Shown: positions 18,645-29,019 of the stretch, one piece after another
How positions within the stretch are numbered: position 1 is the first letter of the stretch
Layout of the letters: the number at the start of each line of letters is the position of its first letter
NCBI GenBank assembly: GCA_965223335.1
Contig: OZ244991.1
Span: 95,231-159,230 of the forward strand
Direction: 5' to 3'
DNA: 64,000 nucleotides
DNA from: Thermodesulfobacteriota bacterium
Lineage (GTDB): Bacteria; Desulfobacterota_D; UBA1144; Nemesobacterales; UBA2774
Notes under the pieces: generated by a model
What the model saw: only the letters and a program-made list of their open reading frames with translations
Database searches by the model: none
What the model was told of the DNA's origin: nothing
Program-made: the position numbers and the translations under genes

Positions 18645-19955
18645 CTATTTGCTCTTACCCCTGCCCACACCGAAATAATCAAAACCCATCTCCACAAGCT
18701 TACGCGGGTCGTATAGGTTTCTTCCGTCAAATATCACAGGGTTTTCCATCTCCTCTTTCATCTTCCCGAAATCTGGCTGGCGGTACTCGTTCCACTCGGT
18801 ATTTATCACCAGTGCATCCACACCCCGACACACTTCATAGTTGGAGTTCGCATACTCTACCCTATCACCCATAAGCTCCTTTACATTATCCATCGCAACC
18901 GGGTCGTGAACACTCACCACAGCACCACTCTCTAGGAGCCTCTCGATTATATAGAGCGAGGGTGCCTCTCTGATGTCATCGGTCTTGGGCTTAAACGATA
19001 GCCCCCAAACACCTACTTTTTTACCCTCCAGATTCCCGCCGAAATATGTATCGATTTTATTCCAGAAATTCGCTCTCTGATTATTATTTACCTCGTCGGT
19101 TGCCTTGCAAAGTATGAGTTCATAGCCAAGACTCTCTCCGGTGCTGATTAGCGCTTTTACATCCTTTGGGAAACACGACCCCCCATAGCCAAGCCCTGGG
19201 AATAGGAAATGCCGCCCTATCCTGTCATCGGATCCAAGCGCCATCCTTATCTCCGACACATCCGCCCCCACCTTCTCGGACAGATTGGCGATCTCGTTCA
19301 TAAAAGAAATCCTCGTGGCCAGCATGGCGTTGGCCGCATATTTAGCCAGCTCAGACGACCTGATCGACATCACAAACGTCCTGTCGCGCGATCTCATAAA
19401 CGGGGCATAGAGCTCCTTAAGCACCCCTCCCACCGAGGGCTTGTCCACACCTATAATCACCCTATCGGGCTTCATGAAGTCCCCGACCGCTGCCCCCTCT
19501 TTTAAAAACTCGGGGTTTGACGCAACGTCGAATTCACTAGGGGCATTTTTGCTAATCTCAGTCGCCACTTTCTCAGTAGTCCCCACGGGTACAGTACTCT
19601 TGGTTACTACAATTTTGTAATCGTCTATGATCTCACCTATAGTCCTTGCAACACTAAGCACCGAACCGATATCTGCCGAGCCGTCATCTTGGGGCGGGGT
19701 ACCGACCGCAATAAAAACGATAAATGATCTCCCCACTGCATCCTCAATATCAGTAGTGAACTTGAGACGTCCCTCATCTATGTTCTTTTTTACGATCTCG
19801 TCTAGCCCCGGTTCATAAAAAGGTACAACACCTTTTTTAAGGTTTTCGACCTTTTTCTCGTCAATATCAACACATATAACGTTATTCCCACTCCCCGCAA
19901 AACACGCCCCAGTCACAAGCCCTACATAGCCGGTACCAACCATACATAGATTCAT
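18645..19955 (-). CDS. ugd: UDP-glucose 6-dehydrogenase
   Basis: GTGYVG, SNPEFLKEG, GYGGSCFPKD and FKPKTDDIRE motifs; AGGAG Shine-Dalgarno before ATG 19955. Confidence 0.95.
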   Translation of the reverse strand: MNLCMVGTGYVGLVTGACFAGSGNNVICVDIDEKKVENLKKGVVPFYEPGLDEIVKKNIDEGRLKFTTDIEDAVGRSFIVFIAVGTPPQDDGSADIGSVLSVARTIGEIIDDYKIVVTKSTVPVGTTEKVATEISKNAPSEFDVASNPEFLKEGAAVGDFMKPDRVIIGVDKPSVGGVLKELYAPFMRSRDRTFVMSIRSSELAKYAANAMLATRISFMNEIANLSEKVGADVSEIRMALGSDDRIGRHFLFPGLGYGGSCFPKDVKALISTGESLGYELILCKATDEVNNNQRANFWNKIDTYFGGNLEGKKVGVWGLSFKPKTDDIREAPSLYIIERLLESGAVVSVHDPVAMDNVKELMGDRVEYANSNYEVCRGVDALVINTEWNEYRQPDFGKMKEEMENPVIFDGRNLYDPRKLVEMGFDYFGVGRGKSK

Positions 19956-20090
19956 CTCAGTACATCTCCTAAACAAAATGGTTTCGATATTACGTTAATT
20001 CAATATACGTAAGAATACAGCCGGTTATTAGAATACTAAAAATTTCTTGGATGTATATAACCCGATGCGGCTATTTTTAATACTCTGGGG

Positions 20091-20783
20091 CTAGCTAATA
20101 AATCCGTGGCGGAACCCAAACAGTATGAGCTCGGATCTATTCTTTACAGACAGTTTTTTAAACACCTTGTAGAGATGGAATTTCACAGTTTTTTCACTTA
20201 TATATAATTCATTTGCAATGTCTTTATTTGTGCAGCCGTTTAGAACCAGTTTAATTATTTTTATCTCGGTTTCTGTAAGCTCATAAATCTGTTGTTTGCT
20301 GCCATTTTTCCCCTCGCCCTTAGAAGAGTAGTTATTGCCGTCTACGACCTTACCCATGATCTTGCGCTCGACCCAGAGCTCTCCACTGCTAACCGCCTTC
20401 ACCGACTTTACCAGGTGCTGCGAGTCAGTGTCCTTAAGCAAATAGCCCCTTACACCCGAGCGTATTGCATTTATAAGAAGGTTTTCGTTATAGTCGTTAT
20501 CCACTATCAGAATTATTTTCGCACCCTTGATCTTCTTTATAAAACTAAGGATTTTAGTCAGGTTGAGACCACGCAGATCAACATCGAGGAGTATTACGTC
20601 AAACTCCTGTTCCTCGCAGGCCTCTATCAAATCGATAAGATTGGATATACGTGCGACCACGCTGATGTCGGAATCGTCCTCCAGGATCTTCGAGATACCT
20701 TCACGCAGCAGAGGGTATTTGCAGGCAACGATGATTTTAATCTCTTCCTGTTTCTTTTTCGCCGTACTGGTTTTATTTGACAT
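20091..20783 (-). CDS. LuxR/NarL-family response regulator, atypical (CsgD/VpsT-like) receiver
   Basis: REC domain with VILLD and GYLLK but ACKY in place of the acidic pocket; GELWVER; HTH LTETEIKIIKLVLNGCTNKDIA. Confidence 0.88.
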   Translation of the reverse strand: MSNKTSTAKKKQEEIKIIVACKYPLLREGISKILEDDSDISVVARISNLIDLIEACEEQEFDVILLDVDLRGLNLTKILSFIKKIKGAKIILIVDNDYNENLLINAIRSGVRGYLLKDTDSQHLVKSVKAVSSGELWVERKIMGKVVDGNNYSSKGEGKNGSKQQIYELTETEIKIIKLVLNGCTNKDIANELYISEKTVKFHLYKVFKKLSVKNRSELILFGFRHGFIS

Positions 20784-20951
20784 AGCTATTTATCAGAGTT
20801 GACAGTTAGATAGGCCTTACTATTCAACCCATCTCACGTATATAAGTTATAACTTTAAACTGATCCTCCCCTTATAATTAGAGGGCAAAAGTATTAAAAT
20901 GTCAACATACTTTAGTATTATCTGGAATTAAGACTAAAGTAAGCAGTAGTG

Positions 20952-22064
20952 TTACCGGTCAGGGATATGAAACATCTTACCCGGGGTTTGTCTAACGAGA
21001 TCGTGTAGCTCTAAGTATAGAAGGATGGATAGAATCTTAGAAGAATCCATACCGCATTCCCTTGTAATCTGGTCAATATGTATGGGATCCTCACCCAATT
21101 TTGTATAAACCGCTGTTTGATCCGGTGAGAGCTCGGGGAGTGGTTTGGGTTTTTTAAGCTCCTTTTTCCTGGGTTCTAAATCACCCAGCAGAGCTATCTC
21201 TTTAATAATGTCCTCGGCTGAATCTATGGGCTTGGCCCCGTTTTTAAGCAGCCAGTTCGTACCCTTGCTGAGCGCACTTGTGATCCTGCCGGGCACCGCA
21301 AAGACCTCTCTATTCTGATCAAGCGCGTACGAGGCCGTAATCAGCGAGCCGCTTTTCTGTGTAGCTTGCACAACTACCACACCCAGCGAAAGCCCGCTTA
21401 TAACACGGTTTCGTCTGGGGAAATTTTTCTGCTCAGGTTTAGTACCCAACTGAAACTCTGACAGCACCGCACCCGATTTCGTAATCTTCTCATAAAGAAG
21501 CCTGTTCTCAGGCGGGTAAATCACATCGAGACCCGACCCGAGCACCGCGATTGTCCTGCCCCCTGCTTCGAGTGCGGCACGGTGGGCGATAGAATCAATC
21601 CCCCGTGCCATACCGCTTACCACCGTAATCCCCCGCTCCGAAAGCCCCCGTGCGATCTTGCGCGTGGCCTGCTCGCCGTAATGATCCGGTATCCGTGAGC
21701 CCACAATTGCGATTGCCAGGTCGTCCGATCCCTCTATCTCCCCGTGCATATATAAAACCGGGGGAGGGTTGTATGTGTTGAACAGGTATTGTGGGTAGGC
21801 AGGGTCGGCAAGTGTCAGTATCCCACAGTTCTCTTTTTGGATAGTCTCTATTTCTTTATCAACCGATACCCAATCTGAGAACTCTTTTACAGCATTGCCC
21901 ACCTTCTCATTGATCCCTTCAACACTGACTATATCTCTATAAGACGCATTAAAGATGGCCTTGGGGTCTTTGAACTTCGCGAGGAGTTGGCGGGCCAGTA
22001 CATCTCCTACACCATAAATCTTGCGTAGCGCAATCCAGTACTTAAGGCCGTCGGGATTCGTCAT
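20952..22064 (-). CDS. dprA: DNA-processing protein DprA
   Basis: IAIVGSR, VSGMARGIDS, FPRRNRVISG and SGSLITA motifs. The ORF extends to 22076. Confidence 0.96.
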   Translation of the reverse strand: MTNPDGLKYWIALRKIYGVGDVLARQLLAKFKDPKAIFNASYRDIVSVEGINEKVGNAVKEFSDWVSVDKEIETIQKENCGILTLADPAYPQYLFNTYNPPPVLYMHGEIEGSDDLAIAIVGSRIPDHYGEQATRKIARGLSERGITVVSGMARGIDSIAHRAALEAGGRTIAVLGSGLDVIYPPENRLLYEKITKSGAVLSEFQLGTKPEQKNFPRRNRVISGLSLGVVVVQATQKSGSLITASYALDQNREVFAVPGRITSALSKGTNWLLKNGAKPIDSAEDIIKEIALLGDLEPRKKELKKPKPLPELSPDQTAVYTKLGEDPIHIDQITRECGMDSSKILSILLYLELHDLVRQTPGKMFHIPDR

Positions 22065-22130
22065 TTTAATAAACAATTAACATTTTATACCGAGTCCATC
22101 AAGATACGTTTTGCACTGTTAAATAGTATT

Positions 22131-22424
22131 TTAACCGAGTTTAGACTCGAGGCTCTCGAGCTTGCCCTCCATTGTATAGGGTTTATCGTACCTATCGCTT
22201 ATTCGAAGCACCGTACTTATGCGTGCGGCCCCCATTGCATTTAGCCTGGTGTGACACTGTCTCAGCAGCGGCGTGATATCGTCCCATCCACATTCAATAT
22301 TCGTCCCCATGGAATGCGACTCGTAACGAAGCCCCATCGACTCTATGACCCTAATCACCTCTGCCACATAGTTCGAGAGGGATGTACCTACACCTATAGG
22401 GATTACGATGAGCTCTACAATCAT
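22131..22424 (-). CDS. MTH1187/YkoF-like thiamine-binding family protein
   Basis: IVELIVIPIG..SLSNYVAE, SMGTNIE and RISTVLRISDR; GGAGG Shine-Dalgarno before ATG 22424. Confidence 0.85.
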   Translation of the reverse strand: MIVELIVIPIGVGTSLSNYVAEVIRVIESMGLRYESHSMGTNIECGWDDITPLLRQCHTRLNAMGAARISTVLRISDRYDKPYTMEGKLESLESKLG

Positions 22425-22540
22425 AACTACCTCCATACGCCTGATTATTGCAACTATTGTACACACTCAATTTACATAGATTTAGGACTTTGATAACCTC
22501 TAATTATGTAATACCAATAATATCTTTAAGGAGGCCCGTT

Positions 22541-22954
22541 ATGAGATCCCATACAGAGTATCTGTGGTTCGAAACACCTAAGAAGAGGGAGATGGTTCAT
22601 ATCACAGACACTATAAGCGATATTGTAACAAAGAGCAGCATCACTGAGGGTATGGTACTTGTATCTGCGATGCATATAACAGCAGCCGTATACGTTAATG
22701 ACCACGAGTACGGGCTTATTGAGGACATATGGGAGTGGCTCGAGGGACTCGCCCCTTTTAAGTCCGATTACCGCCACCACAACACAGGCGAGGACAACGG
22801 CGACGCTCACCTAAAGAACCTTATCATGCACCACCAAGTCATAGTCCCCATCACCAAGGGAGAGCTTGACCTGGGGCCATGGCAGAGGATCTTTTATGCA
22901 GAGTTCGACGGCCAGAGAAGAAAGAGGGTAGTAGTCAAAGTGCTAGGTGAATAA
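22541..22954 (+). CDS. yjbQ: YjbQ/UPF0047 family protein (secondary thiamine-phosphate synthase family)
   Basis: HITAAV, NGDAHLK and [14 protein letters not shown]; AGGAGG Shine-Dalgarno before ATG 22541. Confidence 0.9.
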   Translation: MRSHTEYLWFETPKKREMVHITDTISDIVTKSSITEGMVLVSAMHITAAVYVNDHEYGLIEDIWEWLEGLAPFKSDYRHHNTGEDNGDAHLKNLIMHHQVIVPITKGELDLGPWQRIFYAEFDGQRRKRVVVKVLGE

Positions 22955-22984
22955 ATCTATCAGTGATCCGCAAGGATTTGAATT

Positions 22985-22993
22985 TGTTATAAT
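22985..22993 (+). promoter_or_regulatory. Extended -10 promoter, leaderless geometry
   Basis: TGtTATAAT followed by 6 nt and then ATG 23000; no Shine-Dalgarno. Confidence 0.65.
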
Positions 22994-22999
22994 TATGCA

Positions 23000-23467
23000 A
23001 TGAGCCCCGACAACAACATAGAGCAAAAGCCCAGGTTTTACATAGACAAAGACTGCAACTGGTACCAAGACGGCATCAAAATACGTCACAGACGGACCTA
23101 TCTTTACAATAACAAGCTCCTGGATCGAGACAGCGACGGCAACTACTTCCTCGACGAGGGGAGCGGCAGGATGTACATCGAGGTCGAGGACACGCCTTTT
23201 GTTGTGAGAATGGTATACAGACGAAACGGCACACTATATATTAGGCTAAACGACGAGACGGAAGAGGTGCTTGACCCAAACCTTCTTGTACTAAACTCAG
23301 AGAATGTACCCTACACCAAAGTTAAGTCCCAACGTTTCGACGCACGGTTTATGCGCCCCGCCTACTATGAACTGATGAAGCAGCTTGAGGAAGACGATGG
23401 TGAGTACTATCTAACAATAAAAGATGTTAGCTACCCTATAAAGAGGTCATCGAAGACAAAACCTTAG
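23000..23467 (+). CDS. DUF1285-like protein
   Basis: IDKDCNWYQDG, IEVEDTPFVV, PYTKV and ARFMRPAYYEL patterns. Confidence 0.7.
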   Translation: MSPDNNIEQKPRFYIDKDCNWYQDGIKIRHRRTYLYNNKLLDRDSDGNYFLDEGSGRMYIEVEDTPFVVRMVYRRNGTLYIRLNDETEEVLDPNLLVLNSENVPYTKVKSQRFDARFMRPAYYELMKQLEEDDGEYYLTIKDVSYPIKRSSKTKP

Positions 23468-24605
23468 CGATCAGATCGTCGGAATAGTACCTGCCCTTTT
23501 GAGTCAAAAATATTTTCTGATCCTCGATCTTTATGAACCGGTCCCGAGTAAGGTGGCTTATCTTTTCAATCTCGGCTTTAGTCTCGAACTCATTCTCAAG
23601 TTGAGCGTAATCTATGCCACCCGAGAGTCTAAGTCCCATGAGAACCCTGTCGGTCAAGGCCTCTTGTTTTGACAGACACTCGGCCCAGTCCACGGGTCTG
23701 CGCCCCTTTACAACCTCGGCCATGTATTTGCGGGGCAGCTTATAATTTGCCCACCTCTTGCCCCAAGGTGCACTGGCAAAGCTCTTTATATGAGAGTGCG
23801 CACCCGCACCCAGGCCCAGGTACTCGTCACCCCGCCAATAGAGCAGGTTGTGCCTGCACTCACAGCCCGGCCGGGCATAGTTCGACAACTCATACTGCGT
23901 GTAACCCTCGGATTCGAGCCTCGCGTTCACAAGCTCCATCATCTCCCTTATGCTCTGGTCGGTGGGCAGGTCCAGTCTGCCGGTCGAGAACATCTTTCCA
24001 AACACCGTGCCCGGCTCAATGGTAAGGCAGTAGGCCGAGATGTGCGTGGTCCCAGCACCGAGCGCACAGTTGATATCGTGTTCAAGCTCCTCCAATGTTT
24101 CCATTCCCGTACCGTAGATTAAATCCAGGTTCGAGTTCTCATATCCGGCGCGATTTATGTCCTTTAGTATTTGTAAGCCCTCAAGCGGGCTGTTTAGTCT
24201 TCCCAGATAGTTTAACTTGCGCTCTGAAAACGATTGGATACCAACGCTTATTCTGTTTACCCCTGCCGAACGAAACTCTTTTAGTTTCTTGAGGTCGGCT
24301 GTCTTAGGATTTACCTCTAGTGTGATCTCGATATCATCCCTACTACCTAGATTGTGTAAAACCCCCTCAATAACCACTGCTATATTCTTTGCAGAGAATA
24401 GCGACGGGGTGCCGCCGCCAAAAAAGATAGAGCCCGGCACTTTGCCCTGGAGCTCATTTTTATAGCTTTCTAATTCACTCATTAGGGCCCCGGTGTACTC
24501 ATCTTCAGGGTAATCAGTCCCCACGCCATAAGAGTTGAAGTCACAGTACGGACACTTGGTCAGACAGTACGGGATGTGCACATACACACCGAAATCATTG
24601 GACAT
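23436..24605 (-). CDS. hemW: Radical SAM heme chaperone HemW
   Basis: YVHIPYCLTKCPYCDF, FFGGGTPS, YELSNYA and HNLLYW motifs. Confidence 0.92.
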   Translation of the reverse strand: MSNDFGVYVHIPYCLTKCPYCDFNSYGVGTDYPEDEYTGALMSELESYKNELQGKVPGSIFFGGGTPSLFSAKNIAVVIEGVLHNLGSRDDIEITLEVNPKTADLKKLKEFRSAGVNRISVGIQSFSERKLNYLGRLNSPLEGLQILKDINRAGYENSNLDLIYGTGMETLEELEHDINCALGAGTTHISAYCLTIEPGTVFGKMFSTGRLDLPTDQSIREMMELVNARLESEGYTQYELSNYARPGCECRHNLLYWRGDEYLGLGAGAHSHIKSFASAPWGKRWANYKLPRKYMAEVVKGRRPVDWAECLSKQEALTDRVLMGLRLSGGIDYAQLENEFETKAEIEKISHLTRDRFIKIEDQKIFLTQKGRYYSDDLIAKVLSSMTSL

Positions 24606-24686
24606 ATCACTATTGTACGCTACGATTAGAATGTTGCAATTATTTGATATTCAAGTCATATTTAATTTAATATTGAGCCTAAACAA

Positions 24687-25937
24687 ATGAGACCATACTA
24701 CCCACGAACACTAATTTTTTTTATACTCGTAGCTGCCGTTCTTATTAGCTCAGAGACCCGCGCCCAAGAGCCCGAGATTCTCTCTCTCGACGATGCCATT
24801 GCCAACACGCTCAGCAATAATTCGGGTTTAATCAGCTCCGAGGCCTCTATGGAAGCCTCAATGGCACTCGTAAAAGAGGCCAAATCCCCTTATTACCCCG
24901 AAGTCACGTCGAGAATCATCGTACCGTTTATAGGCAGAGAGTCCGGATTTAGCCTAGAACAGTTGATTTGGGACTTCGGGCGTACATCAAACCGAGTAAA
25001 AGCCAGGAAGGCCGAGCTCAAATCGTCCAAATTCGAGCAGCAGATCACCAAAGACGACCTAATACTGAGCACAAAGGTCTACTACTACACCGTTCTAGCC
25101 GAAAACCACATACTCGAGGCAGCCAAACTAAAAGTCGAGGAGTATGAACGCAGGCTAGAACAGGCAGAGGGCTTCCACAAGCACGGCAGAATATCGGACA
25201 TCGACCTCACAAAATCAGAGGTAAACCTTGGCAATGTAAAGCTAGACTACATACAAGCTAAAAACAACCTATCAATTGCAGAGATCGATCTGATGACGGT
25301 GATGGGTGTCGGGGGCGATTTCAACTACAAACTCATAGACGACACCCAGTACGAGATCGTGAGCTTCGAAATTACAGAGCTTGTGAACCAAGCCATCGAG
25401 CAGAGACCCGATTTAAAGAGCCTAAGGGCTCTTGAAGATGCGTCTCGAGCCAACCTGGAAGCTGCAAAAAAAGAGTTTTACCCCACACTATTTGGCCGCG
25501 CCGCATACAGATTTGAAGGAGAGGGGGCACAAACACCCGGGTTTATAGCAGGTGTAGGGTTTCGCTACCCCATATTCGAAGGTTTCTCCAAACTTGCCCG
25601 TGTAGAAGAACAAAGGGCTAACCTAAAGCGAACCAAAGCCGATTTTAATGCAGCCAAATCAAATGTTGAATCCGAGATAAAAAAGCTCTATTTAGACCTT
25701 TCTTACGCGATTGAGAGTATATATACTACCCAGAAGTCCAAGGACTCGGCCAAAAGGAGCTTGGAGTTGGCGGAAAACAGGTTCAAGCTGGGCAAAGCCT
25801 CTGAGGTTGAGCTAGCGGAATCAAGATCGATCTACACCCATACATTGGCTAACCACATGCAGGCACTCTATAACTATAAGATCTCATTGGCTAAACTAAG
25901 AAATGCAATCGGAGAAACCGGGGAGTACGATGAATAA
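24687..25937 (+). CDS. TolC-family outer membrane efflux protein
   Basis: Signal peptide and two OEP repeats (LEQLIWDFG; YPIFEGF); first gene of the exporter operon. Confidence 0.9.
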   Translation: MRPYYPRTLIFFILVAAVLISSETRAQEPEILSLDDAIANTLSNNSGLISSEASMEASMALVKEAKSPYYPEVTSRIIVPFIGRESGFSLEQLIWDFGRTSNRVKARKAELKSSKFEQQITKDDLILSTKVYYYTVLAENHILEAAKLKVEEYERRLEQAEGFHKHGRISDIDLTKSEVNLGNVKLDYIQAKNNLSIAEIDLMTVMGVGGDFNYKLIDDTQYEIVSFEITELVNQAIEQRPDLKSLRALEDASRANLEAAKKEFYPTLFGRAAYRFEGEGAQTPGFIAGVGFRYPIFEGFSKLARVEEQRANLKRTKADFNAAKSNVESEIKKLYLDLSYAIESIYTTQKSKDSAKRSLELAENRFKLGKASEVELAESRSIYTHTLANHMQALYNYKISLAKLRNAIGETGEYDE

Positions 25938-27066
25938 GAAACTGCTCATACTGCTGGGCGCAATACTGGTCATCGCATACTTAGCTCTGCGCTTGTTTGG
26001 CGGGAGTGAAGAGCAGATAGTCTACAGAACCGCTACGGTGCAAAAAGGCGATATCACATCATATGTCACCGCAACCGGCAGCATTAATCCCACAACAAAG
26101 ATAAATGTAACGAGCAAGGTCACGGGCACAGTAAAAGAGATCTACGTTGATTATAACTCCGCGGTCAAAAGCGGAGAGCCCCTGGCCGAGATCGACCCCA
26201 CCCCCTTTGCTTCAGACAAAAAGAAGGCCGCGGCCGACCTACGCAAAGCCGAGGCCGAGTACTCAGAAGCCAACCTGGTGTTTAGTACCAATAAGGAGCT
26301 ATATGACTCGAGACTCATATCGAAAGAGGAGTACGTAGCCTCAAGTGCTAGGCGCAACTCCGCTCTAGCCGCACTTGATCAAGCCAAGGCCACACTGGAA
26401 TCGGCCCAATCGAACCTAGAAGACAGCACTATACGCTCTCCACTTGACGGTGTTGTGTTGTCTGTGTTCGTAGAGATCGGGGAATCCGTAACCGCTAGGA
26501 AAGAGACCCTGTTTACTGTGTCTAAACAACTCGATGTAATGAAGATAAATACCCATGTGAGTGAGGCCGATATAGGCCAGATCAAAGAGGGCCAGCATGT
26601 CACATTCACAGTTGATACATACCCCAACAAGAGTTTTGAAGGCAGAGTGGAGCAAATTCGTAACGACCCCATCTCAGACAACAATATCGTTAGCTACGAT
26701 GTGATTGTTAAAACCGAAAATACTGAGAACAAACTCAAACCCGGCATGACCGCTGATGTAAAGATCCTAGCAACAGATAAAAAGGATGTCGTGCGTATCC
26801 CCACCTCTGCACTCAGGTTTATCCCCCCTACCACAGCCCTAATCGAACAAGGATCATTGGATATGGGTGAAACACCACATGTTTGGGTCAGCGAGGAAAA
26901 CGGCCAGTTAAAAGCCATTGCCGTCGACACAGGAGCAAGCGATGGTGAGTACACCGAAATTACCAATAACAGTTTAGAGCTGGGGCAAACCATCATCACA
27001 GACGCAGAGCTAAAGCAAGGCTCAGACGGCGGAGGCCTGCCCCTTCCTCAACCCAGGAGGTTTTAG
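25930..27066 (+). CDS. MacA-like periplasmic adaptor (membrane fusion protein)
   Basis: VTATGSINP, IRSPLDGVV, VSEADIG and LKPGMTA motifs; ATG 25930 overlaps the TolC stop. Confidence 0.92.
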   Translation: MNKKLLILLGAILVIAYLALRLFGGSEEQIVYRTATVQKGDITSYVTATGSINPTTKINVTSKVTGTVKEIYVDYNSAVKSGEPLAEIDPTPFASDKKKAAADLRKAEAEYSEANLVFSTNKELYDSRLISKEEYVASSARRNSALAALDQAKATLESAQSNLEDSTIRSPLDGVVLSVFVEIGESVTARKETLFTVSKQLDVMKINTHVSEADIGQIKEGQHVTFTVDTYPNKSFEGRVEQIRNDPISDNNIVSYDVIVKTENTENKLKPGMTADVKILATDKKDVVRIPTSALRFIPPTTALIEQGSLDMGETPHVWVSEENGQLKAIAVDTGASDGEYTEITNNSLELGQTIITDAELKQGSDGGGLPLPQPRRF

Positions 27067-27069
27067 GCC

Positions 27070-27759
27070 TTGGGTGAAGTTATCGTAGCGGACAACGTCT
27101 CTAAGATCTACGACCTGGGTGACGTAAAGGTAAACGCTCTAAAGGGTATCACTCTTAGAATTAGCGAGGGTGAGTTCATCTCTATAATGGGTGCATCGGG
27201 CTCGGGGAAAAGTACTTTTATGAACATATTGGGCTGCTTGGATAAACCGACCTCGGGCAGCTACTACCTGGATAACACAGAGGTATCCACACTAGACACA
27301 GACGAGCTTGCGGAAATAAGAAACAAGAAGATTGGATTTGTGTTCCAAAACTTTAACCTGCTTGCCAGGGCAACCGCTCTTGAGAACGTCGAGCTGCCAC
27401 TCATATACGACGATATCCCATCGGACACAAGAAAGAAACGCGCCCGTGAGGCACTGGGGATGGTAGGGCTTTCGGACAGGGAAAATCATTTCCCCACGCA
27501 ACTCTCGGGTGGGCAGCAGCAACGTGTCGCCATTGCAAGGGCTATGGTAAACGACCCTAGCATTGTATTGGCCGACGAGCCCACAGGCAACCTCGACTCG
27601 GAGATGAGCGAGGAGATAATGGGGATAATAAGCCGCCTTAACACTCAAGGTAAAACCATAATCATAATCACTCATGAACCCGAGATTGCCGAGTTCACTA
27701 AACGCAACGTTGTTTTTAAAGACGGACTAATATCCAAAGAGGCAATTAAAAAACATTAA
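27070..27759 (+). CDS. MacB/LolD-like ABC transporter ATP-binding subunit
   Basis: [22 protein letters not shown] and [10 protein letters not shown] motifs. Confidence 0.95.
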   Translation: MGEVIVADNVSKIYDLGDVKVNALKGITLRISEGEFISIMGASGSGKSTFMNILGCLDKPTSGSYYLDNTEVSTLDTDELAEIRNKKIGFVFQNFNLLARATALENVELPLIYDDIPSDTRKKRAREALGMVGLSDRENHFPTQLSGGQQQRVAIARAMVNDPSIVLADEPTGNLDSEMSEEIMGIISRLNTQGKTIIIITHEPEIAEFTKRNVVFKDGLISKEAIKKH

Positions 27760-27795
27760 AAGCATACAGCTCCGTAGATTCTGTAAACAAACATT

Positions 27796-28983
27796 ATGAA
27801 CCCTATCTCGGCACTCAAGGTTTCTTACCAGGCAATCAAGTCAAATAAGATCCGCTCAATACTAACCACTCTGGGCATCATTATCGGTGTGGCTGCTGTG
27901 ATCTCACTCGTGGCGGTGACCGAGGGGGCAAAGAAGATGATTGAGGACGAGCTCACCAGCCTGGGCGGCAAGTCACTGTTTGTAAATCCGGGGAAAAGGG
28001 GAGTGGGGCGCCAGGACGATGCCGTTATACTCACCGCAGAGGATGCTAAGGCGATTGAGAAACTGCCCATAGTCCAGTACGTGTCCCCTACCCTTGACGA
28101 CGCCGACCAGATAATATGGGGTAACCGCAACTGGTTCACCGTCATCCTAGGAGCCTCCTCCGATTTCGTCAATATAAACGATTGGTTCCCCAGAAGCGGC
28201 AGCTTCTTTAACACACGCGACATCGAGTCGGCAGCAAGGGTTGCTGTACTCGGCGAGACAGTGGCCAAAAACCTATTCGGATTCAACAACCCCGTAGGAA
28301 AAACAGTTAGAATTGGCAAAAACTCCTTTAGGGTCATTGGGGTGATGAGCCAGATAGGCCAGACCACAAGCGGGAAGGACCAGGACGATATAATCATAAT
28401 CCCCTACACCACGTTCCAAAAACGTATATCGGGCTCAAACACGGTGGAAACAATATCCCTTTCGGTAAAAGACCCCGAGAAAGTTAACATCGCAGAGGCC
28501 GAGATTACAGAACTCATCAAATCCAGGCATAACGGCGGTAGTTTTTATGTAAAAACCCAGCAGGACGTTATTAAGCGTATATTCACTATCTCGAAAATCA
28601 TGACCATACTGCTCGGGAGTATTGCGTCCATATCATTAGTCGTTGGCGGGATCGGGATCATGAACATCATGCTCGTCTCAGTTGGGGAAAGGACCAAGGA
28701 GATAGGTATTAGGATGGCTGTGGGTGCTAGGGAGCGCGACATTCTCACCCAGTTTTTGATCGAGGCAATACTGCTCTCTCTCGTAGGTGGGCTCATAGGG
28801 ATCTTTATTGGAATAATAGGCTCCAACATTGCGTCCAATATCACAGGGTGGCCAGCTGTGATCTCGCCCTTATCCATTATAATTGCGTTCGGTTTCTCTG
28901 CCGCTATTGGAATATTCTTTGGGATTTACCCTGCTAGGAAAGCATCTAAGCTCGACCCGATCGAGGCACTGAGATACGAATAA
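27796..28983 (+). CDS. MacB-like ABC transporter permease
   Basis: RSILTTLGIIIGVAAV, VGGIGIMNIMLVSV.ERTKEIGIR and PIEALRYE motifs. Confidence 0.95.
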   Translation: MNPISALKVSYQAIKSNKIRSILTTLGIIIGVAAVISLVAVTEGAKKMIEDELTSLGGKSLFVNPGKRGVGRQDDAVILTAEDAKAIEKLPIVQYVSPTLDDADQIIWGNRNWFTVILGASSDFVNINDWFPRSGSFFNTRDIESAARVAVLGETVAKNLFGFNNPVGKTVRIGKNSFRVIGVMSQIGQTTSGKDQDDIIIIPYTTFQKRISGSNTVETISLSVKDPEKVNIAEAEITELIKSRHNGGSFYVKTQQDVIKRIFTISKIMTILLGSIASISLVVGGIGIMNIMLVSVGERTKEIGIRMAVGARERDILTQFLIEAILLSLVGGLIGIFIGIIGSNIASNITGWPAVISPLSIIIAFGFSAAIGIFFGIYPARKASKLDPIEALRYE

Positions 28984-29019
28984 CTATACTTTTTAGCAGA
29001 CAGTTAGGTGAACTAGGTT

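Noticed and set aside
22425-22540. TPP riboswitch between the two thiamine-linked genes
   Set aside because: Short AT-rich spacer with no TPP aptamer core visible on either strand.
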